NCBI GenBank assembly: GCA_002633005.1
Contig: NMRA01000119.1
Span: 502,578 to 566,577, forward strand
Direction: 5' to 3'
DNA: 64,000 nucleotides
Origin: Phoronis australis
Taxonomy: Eukaryota > Animalia > Phoronida
Position 1 is the first letter of the stretch. Each line of letters starts with the position of its first letter. Position numbers and translations under genes: made by a program. A model generated the notes under the pieces. It had not been told where the DNA came from and ran no database searches. It was given only the letters and a program-made list of their open reading frames with translations. Positions 1-12,139 of this stretch are shown one piece after another.

Positions 1-1031
1 GGCGGCGAATCACAATATACCCTTTGTAAATTCTTGCGCTCTGCTCGTACACAAGGTGGTAAATTTTTATATTAATAAAAACTTTATTTTCTGGCCTAGA
101 AAGAAAATTCAAAGTTCTAAAATGCTTAGATTTTCGCGAGGAATTCGGTTAGACAGGTAGATTTTTAAAATAAACTTTATTTTTTTGCCAATAGTCGACA
201 GGCACGTAGTTTTATGGCATAATGAGGTGTCATTAAAGGATTACGTACGTGACCAAGCAGCCCAAACAGCTGGACTGAATTCAATGGGCTATTGTGTTCG
301 CATTAGCAAACTCCAACCGTCGGACGAAGGCCGTCCGACGGTCAATTTTCAGCTGGAAAGGGTTCCTCATGAAATACACCGTGACCCTGCAAAATATCGT
401 GGGCTCCTTGGCCTTTTTGTTTTGCAGAGCAGCAAGCAGGCTATCAATAATAGCGAAGTTTTTTTTAATGTGGCCGCAGACCGTCGTAGTTTGGAATTCA
501 TCACAATTGCCGAAGCCACTAACTCAGCGTAAGCTCGGTTCCCGGCGTTTTCTTTCTCTGCCAGTTTTCTGTTGGTTCTATGCGCAACCAATCAGTAGCT
601 TAGTCGCCCGAAATTAGTCGCGAAGTCAGTCATAACCCAAGCCTACCGAAATGACTTCACGTAAAAATGTTGAGTAATTATACATAGGGCTTACATGTAT
701 GTGACACAGCAATTACCGAAAGCAATCACAGTCGGGTTCGTTACTCCGGCCGAAGGGCCTTACAGTCGGCGGTTAATTACTTCGAAGATTTGATTTTCGG
801 AGTATCTACCAGTTTTGGAATAAAGGCGCAATGAACATCGTATTGTGTTCTTTCTGAGAACTAATGCCTATGCTGGGCCATTGTGTTTCGAATGAACGAG
901 TCCCTTCATACTAAATCTGCGTTGTGTACTTAAATGTACGTCGACATCTAGAGCCTAGTACGTAATTCTCCCCAAATATTTGTGTTCCCTTGTGCTTGAG
1001 CCGTACCTCGGATAATTCATAAACCGCTAAT

Positions 1032-1414
1032 CAGGGTCCTGCGCTTAACCCATTTTGTCAAATATAAATTTGCGCAAATTTCTAAATTTGCTCAGATTTT
1101 GCCAATCTGTGAGTTAACAAAACCCAAAGCGTAAATTCAAGAATGGATACTCACAATTAAATGAATGCCTGACGTCTCTGCACTTTTACTGTGGCCCGCG
1201 GTTTTTTGTGTGCACGCCTCAGCCTTGAACAGCGCTACTAACACGTAGACCTACTGAGCCCCCGGCGCACTGACATATTGAAAGTGTCGGGATATCAACA
1301 CAAACTTTTCATATCGGGTTCTCATCACCTGAAGTCAGTGCTTCCGTGGGCGTAGAAACATGCAATCGTTTTCTGTATTGATACCTCTAAAAATGCCGTG
1401 AGCGCGGGACCCGT
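1032..1414. mobile_element. Putative MITE with imperfect ~25-bp terminal inverted repeats
   Basis: Left end CAGGGTCCTGCGCTTAACCCATTTT (1032) versus reverse complement of right end CGGGTCCCGCGCTCACGGCATTTT (~1389-1413). No clean TSD. Confidence 0.45.
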
Positions 1415-2239
1415 AGCATTGGCTGCTTACTGTTACGTTAGCAGATGGCACTGGGCGATAAGCAACACATAAAATAGCAAGTTATACATAAATGTCATGT
1501 ACTCAGTATTTGGACTTTATTACAAATTTCTGATATATACCAAAAATTTATTTTTTGGTTCAATATATTTAATGTACGCACAGACGTTGTTTCTTAGATA
1601 GCAACGGAAGTCTCCGAGTTTAAAAAAAGCCCGCGAATCATCGAGACTTCCAAAAACCTGTTGAGTGACACCAGTGTAAATATTTCGTCAAGTTATTACC
1701 GCTGTTGAATACGTGAGAATAAACCAACAAGACAAGTGGATATATATGACCGCACAAGTTCCATGAATCACTAATAGAGAAGTAAGCAATAAATACTGGT
1801 TCCAAAAGCCGAAACGGGTCCACATGCGGTGCATGGCCAAATTAAAAAAAAAGTCATTAATCTATGGTCTGACAAGATCAGTCGAAGACATTGCGAAAGT
1901 AAAATCCGCGATAAACCTGGCGTGCGTTCAGTAGACGCTAGAACCTACGCTAGGACCTAGCTAAAACCCAGTCAAAGTTACGTGTTCTTATTTAAAATAC
2001 ACACGGCAATATCTCACGTAATCTCGCGAAGTCTTGTTTTTTAGCGAGGTCCTAGCGTTACTGAACGGGAGGCTGCCTTGCGTCACACTTTTTTATTTCA
2101 ATGAAATTGGTCTCAAATTGCTCCTTAGTCAAATTGGGATTTCAGAGCTTCGGAAGTCACTGTCATTTTTTTTTTATTGCTGGATATCAGGCAGTACAAG
2201 TATGGCATGTCATTCTATGCGCCAAGCATGGTCGCAACT

Positions 2240-2545
2240 CCTCTTCCTCTAGTGCCCAAATGCCGGTGGGCGTTGGCGACCATGGTTCTCCATCTGTCCC
2301 TCTCTCTCGTTGCTCCAATGGTGACAGCATTTCCCGGTGTTTGCAGCCACGTCGACAGCCCATCCAGTAGTTTTGTTCTTTCAGTGGCGTCCTCGACTTC
2401 TCTTCCCATCTAGTTTACTAGTGGTTACCAGGTGTTCTAGTCCACCTCTCCTCATAACATGACTAAAGAACTTCGCTAGTCTTCTGATGTTGTTCAGCAG
2501 TGTTCGGTTTTTGTCTGCCTCTCTCAGTAACTAACCGTCAGTTAT
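2240..2545 (-). mobile_element. 3' fragment of an RTE-clade non-LTR retrotransposon (degenerate)
   Basis: Minus strand reads LLREADKNRTLLNNIRRLAKFFSHVMRRGGLEHLVTTSKLDGKRSRGR, then a stop/frameshift, then TKLLDGLSTWL...RDRWRTMVANAHRH. This is the typical RTE ORF C-terminus, followed by a purine-rich AGAGGAAGAGG tail. Confidence 0.8.
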
Positions 2546-3012
2546 TGGCAAACCCAAAAATCACTTCTCATCTCAATAAGGAACACTTTGAGGCCATTAT
2601 CACAGCGGCAAGTGGTTTATATCAGGTCGTTTTTGTGACGGAAGGCTGATTTATCAGTATTCGCTTCACCTAGGTTAGCTGACTAAAAACGAAAATCGAA
2701 CAAGTCCTACTCTCATATCTTCAAATTCTGTTACCAAAAGCTACAGTTAAACCACAGCGGCCCTATTTTTTAGGGTTGGACAAGCCTAAATTTACGTATT
2801 CAAAAAACGCAGCATTTACTCATTGTCTCTGACTTGAGTTGCCAACTCATTCCCAATAATTCAAAATAGTAATGAACGTTGTAACGCTTTTAAACTCCAA
2901 AGTGCTTATGTCGATAGCAACGAAATGACCAGCTTGACAATGAATGTATGTAGGGACAAATTAAAATCAAAATAAAACAAAAGAAAATTCAGAAGTTGTT
3001 TTGCCAAACAGA

Positions 3013-3018
3013 TTTATT
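3013..3018 (-). promoter_or_regulatory. Probable polyadenylation signal of the creatine kinase gene (3' UTR ~2990-3981)
   Basis: TTTATT on plus (AATAAA on minus), followed in transcript direction by a T/GT-rich tract. Confidence 0.55.
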
Positions 3019-3242
3019 AACAACAAGATCTAACCACAGCACACCGAATAAGAAGATTCTATTGCTAGAGAAAGTTTAACAAGAACCTACTGTAGTTTTG
3101 TGATGAAATGTGTACTAACAGTCACACAAGAGTGAGTGTCACCAACAATGAAATTCTTTTTAGAGTTTGCAGATGCATTTGATCACATTGACCGTAATTG
3201 AAAGGAAGTGCTTTGTGGCATGTTGTCAACGGCTGAGCGGAA

Positions 3243-3264
3243 ACACACACACACACACACACAC
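3243..3264. repeat. (CA)n microsatellite in the CK 3' UTR
   Basis: About 11 AC units read directly. Confidence 0.9.
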
Positions 3265-3981
3265 AAGAATTCTGTCACACAAAATGTTCAATACACAAAA
3301 ACTTTGGCACCGATTTCACTGATTATTTTTAATATCTCATTAGTTAGCACTGACAAAAAGTAAAGGCTGAACAAATATGACCTAAAATCAAAAAGTGAGA
3401 CCACATTTCAATCACATCCATGAGCTTAACAAAATGATAGTGATGGTGTAACCTAGCACTCATGTTGGATCCCAGAGAAAACGGACATTAAACATTTCAT
3501 TGGGAAACAGTGGTGAAACAAATGGAAGTAATTTTCAAATTTCATCAGATGGTTTTATGCTACGGTCTTAAAACATCTGCCAGGAATCATAGCCAAAAAT
3601 AAATTTCCATGCTGTACTTTAACAATGTAAACAATGGTTAACGAAATAAAGCAAGGATAGAATTCAATATCACAATATTGCTGTAAAATGTCAACATCAG
3701 TAAAACTAAGTTTTATAAAGGCATGCACCGTATAGACTAGAAGACACAAATTTGTATATTACTTGTCTTGAATGACCTAATAAACACATTCTAGCAGACT
3801 TTGGTAGAACACAGCACTGTATCAAACAAATATTGCCAGAAAAAAACACAACCTGATTGAAAAATTAGAATAACATTTTTGAAGACAGTTTTCTACAACA
3901 AATAAGGGTGTTTCAATTGTGGTAATGGAAAGTAAAACATGAAACTGAAGAGTGGGAAACAAAGGGGGAGACCGAACTACT

Positions 3982-4166
3982 TTACTCCAAACGTGCCTTG
4001 GGAATGAGGTCGTCAATGCTTTTTCCTTTTTCAAGCCTCTTTTCCATTTCAATGAGCAGTTTGACACCGTCAATAACCCACTGAAGAAGTTGAACTTCGG
4101 AGAACCCCAGGCGGTCAGAGTTGGAGATATCAAAGAGGCCACCCTCAGCCTTAGTGTCGACACCAC
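3982..4166 (-). CDS. CK: Creatine kinase, coding exon 6 (last): [26 protein letters not shown]...[10 protein letters not shown]
   Basis: Acceptor tttcag|GT at 4166 (phase 1); TAA at 3982-3984; GGVDT and DISN.DRLG motifs of phosphagen kinases. Confidence 0.95.
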
Positions 4167-5165
4167 CTGAAATAAAACAAAAACTTCCTGTTAAAACTGA
4201 GAAGAAAGTTAGCGTACAGATATCTCACACAAGAACTTTCATTTGGACATTTAATACCTGCAATATAGCATAAAAGCTTGCAGCTTAATGAGCACGCTGT
4301 GGGCAAAAGAGCCCTGTCATTTTTGGGGTCATAGCCCTGTATCCATGATACATCACCAGTAATAATCTTCACAATAAAGTTTGCGTGAGCTAAGACTCAT
4401 TTTTTAGATGCTGGTAAATCCCTGTGTGACAAATGTTTTGTTCATCGCTGAGAAATCGCAGAACAAATTTGGCTGAAATGTGCCTCTGTGTCAGGGAAAA
4501 TGCCGTGAACACTCCCATAAGAAAGTCCTAAAATGTTGCAAACGTCATGAATGGTTCTTTAGCTGTCTTCCAGTATAACTGTGTGCACTTTTTCAACATT
4601 CCCTGGATTTTTGCTAGTCATCTTCAACGGAAAATCGACCCTCCTTAAAACATCCAATGCACAAATGCCCTGTTTTGGAATATGGCATGATTCTGAAAGG
4701 CTTCCTGGAGATGTTGCAGCTGCCATCTTCTTGGTGTTAAAGCAAAATGACATTCTTTGCGCCTGTAAACCAGCCATTGCAAAATCGCCACTAACGTCGA
4801 AGCTACATGACTAAACATCCAAAACTCTTAGGCAGTACCTCGTAAGGTATTAAATGTCACAATTCCTAAACCCACGAGTCTCCCTCATTATATATTTTCA
4901 TTTTCCATGACTAACTCCCAAAGAAAGTAGACATATACCATTTGATAATTGTTGTCAAGTATCATTGAATCCATCTGCTCCCATTATGGATCCCAAAGCA
5001 ATGAGATTTTTTATTTAATCTAAACATTCAAAGAGTTTCATTTTTGCCCTTCTTTTTCATTTGCTACGATTTCTCAAGCTGGAATTTATTTTTTGTCATT
5101 TTTCACATTTTCCGAGACTGTAAACCATGTGATCCCCTTAAGTTGCATAAGTGCACATGCCGTAC

Positions 5166-5358
5166 CGGCGCCTCTCTTCTGCAGTCTCAGCAGGTGCAGG
5201 ATGTTGTCCAGGCGCTTCTCATCGGCGCTCAACTTGGGCAGCTTGACATGCACGCCAGCCCGTAGTCCCGTGCCCAGGTTAGACGGACACGTCAGCACAA
5301 AGCCGAGGTGCTCGTTCCACATAAATGCCTTCCCCTTGGACTTGATGGCTGCCTCCAC
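5166..5358 (-). CDS. CK: Creatine kinase, coding exon 5: [37 protein letters not shown]...LQKRGA
   Basis: Acceptor ttgtag|GTG, donor G|gtacg; active-site CPSNLGT signature; 193 nt, phase 0 to 1. Confidence 0.95.
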
Positions 5359-6435
5359 CTACAAGCAGAGGAATGAAATGAATAGGGTGCTCAATGCAAC
5401 AACAAGGGGGAATGATATGGAAATCATATGCAAGTGGAAAGTTTATGGTGTCAAAATTGTCTGTGAAACCAAATTTTACGTGGAAAATGCTTGCATTGCA
5501 GCACCAACAGTTCAAGCCAGTCTAATCTAAGCCGAAGGTAGTATTATAGCCTATGATCTAATGCTTATTTAATGATCATTTAATCAATTAACAAACCGAA
5601 GTCATCATTTTCACAGATGCCTGGCATTAAAGAGCAAAATCATCACTAGGAAAGCCTATAAAAGTTTGGATTTGCTACAATTGCATTTCATCAGAAAACC
5701 ATTGAAACAGTATCGATTGAGAAACTCTTCTCCAGATTGCACTTGGTTTGTAGAGACAGTTGGACAGCAATTACTACGCTGTATTACACAAAACACAGCC
5801 ACTGTTCAACAAATGAGTTGCCCTCTACCAGGGATTTCAGAAAGAGCCTACAAGGTTAAAAAAGCTGCCATGCGGCCCTGTTATTTGTTTTGGATTCCAG
5901 AAAGAGCACACAAGTACTGGGAAATGTGGGTAAGCCGTCACCATGTTTTGGTCAATTATGGGTGCTTTAAATTATTTGTCTGCAATTAGGCTGCACTGTA
6001 ATCTCTTCAAATGCCAAAGAAGAGAACCAGAGCTGTTATTTCAAAGCCATGACCAACAAGGGAGATAGGGTCAATAATTCAATATCCAAAATAGCAATGT
6101 GGCTTTTATGAACACTAGATTACTCCAGGAAAGCTCAAACCCAGTAACACAATTTTTCATTCATTATTATTTAACTCAGCCTGTATCACCAAAAGTCATA
6201 ACTTTATGACCTTTTAAGCTTGTACCACGACTTAAGATAAAGTCTCAGCTAAACCAGTTGTAAGTCTCAGGCAACTGATTACGCAGTTTCCACTGGTGTA
6301 AAGCAGAAGCACAACCATAATAGGCTGTACATGCACCAGTGGGAAAAGTAAAACAGCACGACAACATGAGAGTCCAATAGCTCCAGATATCTGTATCCAC
6401 CGTGCCACAAAAGCTACACACAAAAATGTTCTAAC

Positions 6436-6559
6436 CTTTGCAAGTCCATCACAGAAGCGGGTGAAGACACGTTTCATATTACCGGACTTCTCCATGGAGA
6501 TGACACGTAAGTGGTCTTCCTCATTCACCCACACCAAAAATGTCTTCTCATCATTGTGC
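6436..6559 (-). CDS. CK: Creatine kinase, coding exon 4: [41 protein letters not shown]
   Basis: Acceptor caccag|G, donor AAG|gttag; NEED motif; 124 nt, phase 2 to 0. Confidence 0.95.
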
Positions 6560-7374
6560 CTGGTGACAACAATCGTGTCAATTTTTATACATGTTAGCTA
6601 AGGACCCACTTTCAAAAATTCAACTTTGGGCTCTTACCATTACAACCCAGGGGCCTGTTTTGTGAAACTTTGTCCGTCTTCACTCAACACCAAAATGTTT
6701 TGGTCCCGATTCATGAAATTTCTTAAGACAAAAAATTATCCAAATAAATTATTAAGTATGAATGATAAGATTCGTTCATTACTATCACCATGTTCACAAT
6801 TAAACAAAATGTACACGTCACTATTCCTATGGCTTACAAAACTTGGTAATTCTACAGAAAAAGACTTGCGTACACTGTACGTGAATGTCCAGCACTACGA
6901 ACGCACCTGGGTGTTCCCGTGAAAGAATCAAATAGGGATATCAAACTCCTGTTGGTTGTTTCATCATATTTTTAACCAAGTAGGAAAGCAGTAAAAAGAA
7001 GCATTGTGCTGGCAACCTCTCCCTGCCTAAAGCAAAATCGTTTGAAAATCATGAAGATGATGACTGAATAGTCCCTTTGGCAAATGAGTTCACTCACGTG
7101 TACGGTACTAGATAATCTGCTTTGCATTTTCACCGAACTGGAGTTAACCCATATTTCAACACAAGTACACAAGCCTGTGTTTTTTCTCTTCTCAACTGCG
7201 CGACACGCCAATTTCTTGGTCTCAAAATAGGCTGAATGCCAATATGAAGCCAATTAATAAATGGTCGAAGATGAAAATTCTTGCATCTAATGTAACCAAA
7301 TTTTCCAAGAACCAAATGAATATGAATACAGGTATTGATTGACACAACCTTCAAACCAAGGGGTGATGTCTTAC

Positions 7375-7678
7375 CAGATGCCGCGGGCGTCGGGCCAATC
7401 GCGAGCCATGCCTGAGGCAGTCAACAGTGGTGAGACAGGCTTGTCAAACAGGAAGTGGTCAGCGATCAGCTGATCCTGCTCTTTCTCCGTCATCTTGGAC
7501 AACGGGTAGTACTTGCCCTTGAACTCACCAGCCAAGCCCATAAGAGCTTGTGTTGAGATCTTCTCCACTTCCCGTCTCTCGGCACGTGTGCAGTGTGGGG
7601 GCAGGCTAATTCCGCGGATTGAACGGCCAGTGCGAACACGCGAGCTCAGCACGTACTTTGGGTCAAGGTCATCGCCAC
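7375..7678 (-). CDS. CK: Creatine kinase, coding exon 3: [23 protein letters not shown]...[28 protein letters not shown]
   Basis: Acceptor tttaag|GT, donor TG|gtaag; 304 nt, phase 1 to 2; CK-typical motifs. Confidence 0.95.
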
Positions 7679-7989
7679 CTTAAAGGTAAAGTGTGCAATT
7701 CGGTAATTACAGTGAAATCTTAAAATAATTTTGGAAAGAAAATACATTATGCCGAATTTGATCATTCTTAATTTTTAAGAGCATTGTGAAAGCCCATAAA
7801 TTTTTAAAACAATGTTTTATGGTAGCTAAGATATAGAACTTGATAAGAGCAATGCTGAGCGTGTGCACTGCAAATGTCTCATTTTCAATCATTTTCAACC
7901 ACAAGTGCGAGCTACACTAGTGATCTTAAATTTGAGTCAAAGGCATTCAGAAAATTGGCAAACGCAACCCTGGAAGACAATAAGATAGC

Positions 7990-8720
7990 TGCAAAGAGAA
8001 CTATAAGACCTACCAGGGGGCACTCGAGAAGTTGGATACATCAGATAATTGATGCCACGGAAACGAAAACTCATTTGCCATCAAGGGGTTTAGAAGAGTA
8101 GGGAATTCCATTTAATGATTACAACTTTTGGACAGATTCGACGACCGCTGTGCACATTACCAACAATTTTATTTTTTCTGTACATGGAGTTCCACAGCTA
8201 TTCATGAAATTAGGCAAACAGGTTTCTGTTAAAAAGGCAATGACAATTTCACATTTTCAGATTGATTTGATGTAATGTAAACCACCTAGTGGCCATTTTT
8301 ATTATTGTCAAGTCTATTTTTGGCCACTTATCAGCGAAAAGGATCATTAATGAAAATTGGTACGAGTTCCCACTGGGGAGAATGTGGATGATAACCATTT
8401 TTAGACTACTTCGACACCCGAGATGCCCCCCAGTGGCAATTGATTTTTTTTCAAGTTCACAGCTATTTCTCCTAATAAGCAGCAAGTAAATTTCCATGAC
8501 AACAGATGACGACAACTTACGTACACATATCTGACAACCATTGTGTCTCCTATTTTTTACCATTTTCTCTGGACTTCATTCATTGGCAGAATTTCATGAA
8601 GATTTGCAAACAGGTTTCTATAAAAGAGCTCTGCATTTTTGAATGTATTTGGCGTATTCTGCGCCACCTTGAGGCCATTTTGTTATTTATTCGAGTGTGG
8701 TTCTTGCCGTCTACCTCTCT
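7990..8720. repeat. Degenerate interspersed repeat with recurring TTCATGAA(A/G)TT.GCAAACAGGTTTCT and CCCC/CACC-TAGTGG units
   Basis: Internal repeats at ~8200 and ~8593; similar blocks at ~9650-9960, ~26290-27440 and ~59090-59640. Boundaries are approximate. Confidence 0.55.
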
Positions 8721-9239
8721 TGTCGGTCAAATTGTTATACAGATCATTATGATAACTGGCATATTAACATTGTATTTCTTCTGGGAAGTGCATGACTTAA
8801 AGTGCATCTCATTTTCATTTTTCTACCACCCTGTTCTCCACAAAAAAGGTTACATACACGTCACAACAAATTATTGGAATTAGTTTCATTTCATTACAAG
8901 TTTTTAGTATATTAACACCAGCAAACCAAATTTCTCAGCACATTTGCTTCGGCAAAGCTGTCACCATCTCTCAAAAGGTGTTACAAAAATAGCAAATGGG
9001 AAGTGCAAAGTCGACAACAGACTTTTCTTTGGTACAAAAGCTGAAGAATAATGCGAGAAAATGACGTTTAATGTTTTTCAGTTAAACAGCTGCAAAGAGC
9101 AAGGTGATTGTCTTACTCCCAGATCCACCCCATACAGCTGTTAGCTCAGGCCTGCCACAAACTGAAGTTTCATGACTGGGTGACGAGCAGAACTACCTCG
9201 GGCAGTATGAAATTTCGAGGTCTGTGAGAAATTAACACA

Positions 9240-9625
9240 GNCAATGATAACCAATCAATTGTTAACGCTCTCAATTCTTGTAATAATATCCCTACTAGAG
9301 TTACATTATTACTGAATGGTAGTCCTAACCTTGACTTTGTGCTCAACGAATTCCTCCTAAGCAACGTTAGCAAATTTTTATGTACCGTTTATCAATATTG
9401 TTGCATTTGATTTCCCTACATGAACCTGTACATATTTTTGTTTTTAAATATCTGTAATAGCATGTCTAAGTATTGGAATACTTATTTTAGATACTACTTA
9501 ATTGTATATCCTCTATGTATATAAGTTTCATTAATGAATTGTTTACAACCCAGATATAATGCTTCGCGGTTTCTGGGTTTGTTATTATTTCTTTGTATGT
9601 TCTGTGTATCCTTCAATAAATATAT
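9240..9625 (+). mobile_element. 3' end of a LINE (CR1/L2-group-like), truncated
   Basis: Reads NNIPTRVTLLLNGSPNLDFVLNEFLLSNVSKFLCTVYQYCCI*, resembling LINE ORF2 C-termini. An AT-rich 3' UTR follows, with stem-loop AACCCAGA/TCTGGGTT (9547-9579) and a terminal AATAAA. Confidence 0.55.
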
Positions 9626-10121
9626 ATCACAGTGAAAAAAAAGCAGTTCCTAGCCATATTTTGACATAAGTACAGCTGATGTGGATTTTGGTTCCAATTT
9701 GACTAATGCAGACACCCCTAGCGGCAATTTTGTTTTTCTTTGCTTTTGTCCGGATGTTCATGAAATTTGGAAAATAAGTTACCATCATGTAGATGACAGG
9801 ACAAGCCATGGATCACACGAATTAGACCTACACTGTGCCCCTTAGTGGACCTTTTATAGTTTTTGTGTCTGTTCCGTGCTGCCCACCTATAAATACTTCA
9901 AACTGAATGAACAATTACGATGAAAGGTGTCATGTGCGTTCCCATTGATTGCACCATTTAGTTTCAAACAATGATCATCCCTTGTATCTGTGCTGTGTTT
10001 GGTGCTCATGGTAGGCGCATATCACAGCTCCGTATTGATTGTGTTAAGAGAGTTTTTTCAGCGGGGAATTTGGACGCGAAATTCAGGCATCGAGGGCTTT
10101 GTAAACTATCAGCTGGTTCAC

Positions 10122-10277
10122 CTTTAAGGTTGGCTGGGTTGAGGTCAGTCTTATGCTTGGCATCCTTAGCATAGCCACCATGACGCTTGTCAATGATGGG
10201 ATCAAACAGAGCGCCGAAAGTGTCGTACGATTCCTCGTCACCAGCAACCGCACCCACGGTCATGATAAAGGGGTGCC
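10122..10277 (-). CDS. CK: Creatine kinase, coding exon 2: [51 protein letters not shown]
   Basis: Acceptor ctggcag|GG, donor AAAG|gtgaa; 156 nt, phase 1 to 1; creatine-specificity loop GHPFI. Confidence 0.95.
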
Positions 10278-10685
10278 CTGCCAGGGGAGAAAGAGGAAAC
10301 ATTGAATAAACACATGATTTCCACAATAACACAGGCATTGCTGGGAACCTAGAAGATACTATGCTTGTTCCAATATAATGTGGTGTGGCGTTATAGGCAA
10401 ATAGTGAAGCTGTGAGACCCGCAGAGAGGCAATGCAGAGAGGAAATGTAGGCTAGTGTAAGCAACATCACTGAAAGGTAGGAGTCAAGCACTACAAGCCA
10501 AATGGGGACAAGACATGGTCTAGTGTTTGAAGCACTGGGAAGTAATGCAAATCAAGCATGGAAGGAAAGGAAATGAGGTGGTTTGTTACCAACAGAGAAG
10601 TAACGGACTTCCAGTGTGAAAGTCGAGATACAGGAAAGATGGGAGGTACAACGTCAGCAATGAAAGTCACTAATGAAAGTCACTA

Positions 10686-10910
10686 ATGAAGGCAGAAGTG
10701 TTAATTAAGTTACATGGGAAGGAAGTGTTGGAAGCCAGAATGGGAAGCAGCAGGATTGGTATTGTCTCGGAGAGCCAGTGTTCCATTTGCCAAGGGAGTA
10801 CTCAACTGGCTTGGATTTTAAGTGGGCTGTGGCACCCCATGATGTGGGAATGCCCCCGTCATTGGAAAAAGTGGGGGAGTAGTGGTCTATTTAAATAACA
10901 AAGTTGGGTA
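10686..10910 (+). mobile_element. Highly degenerate LINE APE-endonuclease fragment in CK intron
   Basis: KL..KEVLE...RIGIVSES (compare DIIxITETW) and, after a frameshift, GKSGGVVVYLNNK (compare GGGVxxYV), in the expected order and spacing. Confidence 0.4.
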
Positions 10911-11352
10911 AGGAAACATGTGAGAAAGAGAAGGTAGCATACACTTGCATCATAAGAACAGTCTTCAGATTCACACTTTTTAAATACAATGCACGTTGCT
11001 GTCACAACTAAGAGGTCAGCATCAAAATCTAATTGTCAAAAACAAAGGATTCCACGGCTGAGCCTCTTAATTCTAGCTACAATCCCCTAAATACCACTCC
11101 TGGACCACCAAGCAACAAACCTGTCGTACCTCTAAACTCTACATGTGTCAAAAATGGCCCATACATGGAGATGAAATTCCATAGCTGGAGTATTAAAGCA
11201 GAAAAGCTTGCCATCATTTAGTGTCCTCAACAACTGCAAACCTTAAAACGAAACTTAAACTATTCACCAATTAATCAATTCTAGTAGCTAACATAAAGCA
11301 AAATAAAACTAAACGTTCCTATTTTTACAAGCAGATTTTGGATATGTAATAC

Positions 11353-11536
11353 CTGGATTGTCCACACCAGTTTGGATGGCGGCATCCAGAGTGAATCCAG
11401 TGGGCGTGGTCTTGTCTCTAAGTTGTGCGTAGATCTCTGGCGTGATACACTTAGCCATCCAGTTGTTGTGCTTCGACAAGTCCGGGTAGTCCTTCTCCGG
11501 GGGGTACTTCTTCTGGTTAAAGTTAGGGCCGGGCAT
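11353..11536 (-). CDS. CK: Creatine kinase (cytoplasmic type, 381 aa total), coding exon 1: [30 protein letters not shown]...IQTGVDNPG
   Basis: ATG at 11536 with an acceptor 26 nt upstream (ttgcag at 11563); donor CCAG|gtatt. Coding exons sum to 1146 nt. It lacks the mitochondrial-CK GW.FMWN tryptophan (GKAFMWN here). Confidence 0.95.
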
Positions 11537-12139
11537 TTTGGTAGTTGTGCTGAGTGGGCAAACTGCAACAGTAATAATAAATTAATGATTATATGAGATA
11601 ATCATACAATAACAGTGGTATTGTAATTGTCATTAGTGACTTACAAAAACGTCTTGCTCTCTGTCAAGTATCAAATCACAGTCAAACCTTAAGGGAATTT
11701 TCTAAAACATTTGCAGTAACTGAATTGAGGTTTGGTGTAACCAAAGCAACATGTAAACAGCAGTCTTGGGACCTAGAGCGGAGAATGAGAGTGGACTTAC
11801 ACTGACCTCATTATTATAATATGATTAGACTTATATATCAGAATCTTCACTCCCAACGTATCTTTGATTTAATGCCAGAAATTATTCCCAGGTGCTATTT
11901 TGCACCAATGGCAGATCTATGCGAGGTTCAAACCACCATCAGGAGGCACGACAAAAAATTTTGCTGGCAAATGATAACAAAAAAAGAAGGCTTCATGAGT
12001 GTCACAAGTCGTACGATGAGAACAGGTTAAAATATGGCCTGTATTGCAATCAACACACATAGCAATAAAGAAAAAGGAGAAAGAAACAGGGTGGAAAATT
12101 GCTCTGACCAAAGGCATGTTTCATGGAAAGTGACGGTAA

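Noticed and set aside
3982-3996. CK C-terminus ...KARLE*, close to a peroxisomal PTS1 (ARL)
   Set aside because: PTS1 must be the last three residues, and the terminal Glu abolishes it.
10006-10491. 161-aa ORF extending CK exon 2 with a hydrophobic N-terminus
   Set aside because: Only 10122-10277 is CK-like and bounded by splice sites. The upstream AG at 10349 is out of frame.
10820-10860. Intronic segment partly complementary to, and partly resembling, the start of CK exon 2 (GGGCATTCCCACATCATGGGGTGCC; GHSHIM versus GHPFIM): a possible editing-complementary sequence or alternative specificity-loop exon
   Set aside because: No adjacent AG acceptor or frame-compatible donor. The match is short and gapped, and it falls inside a degenerate LINE endonuclease fragment.
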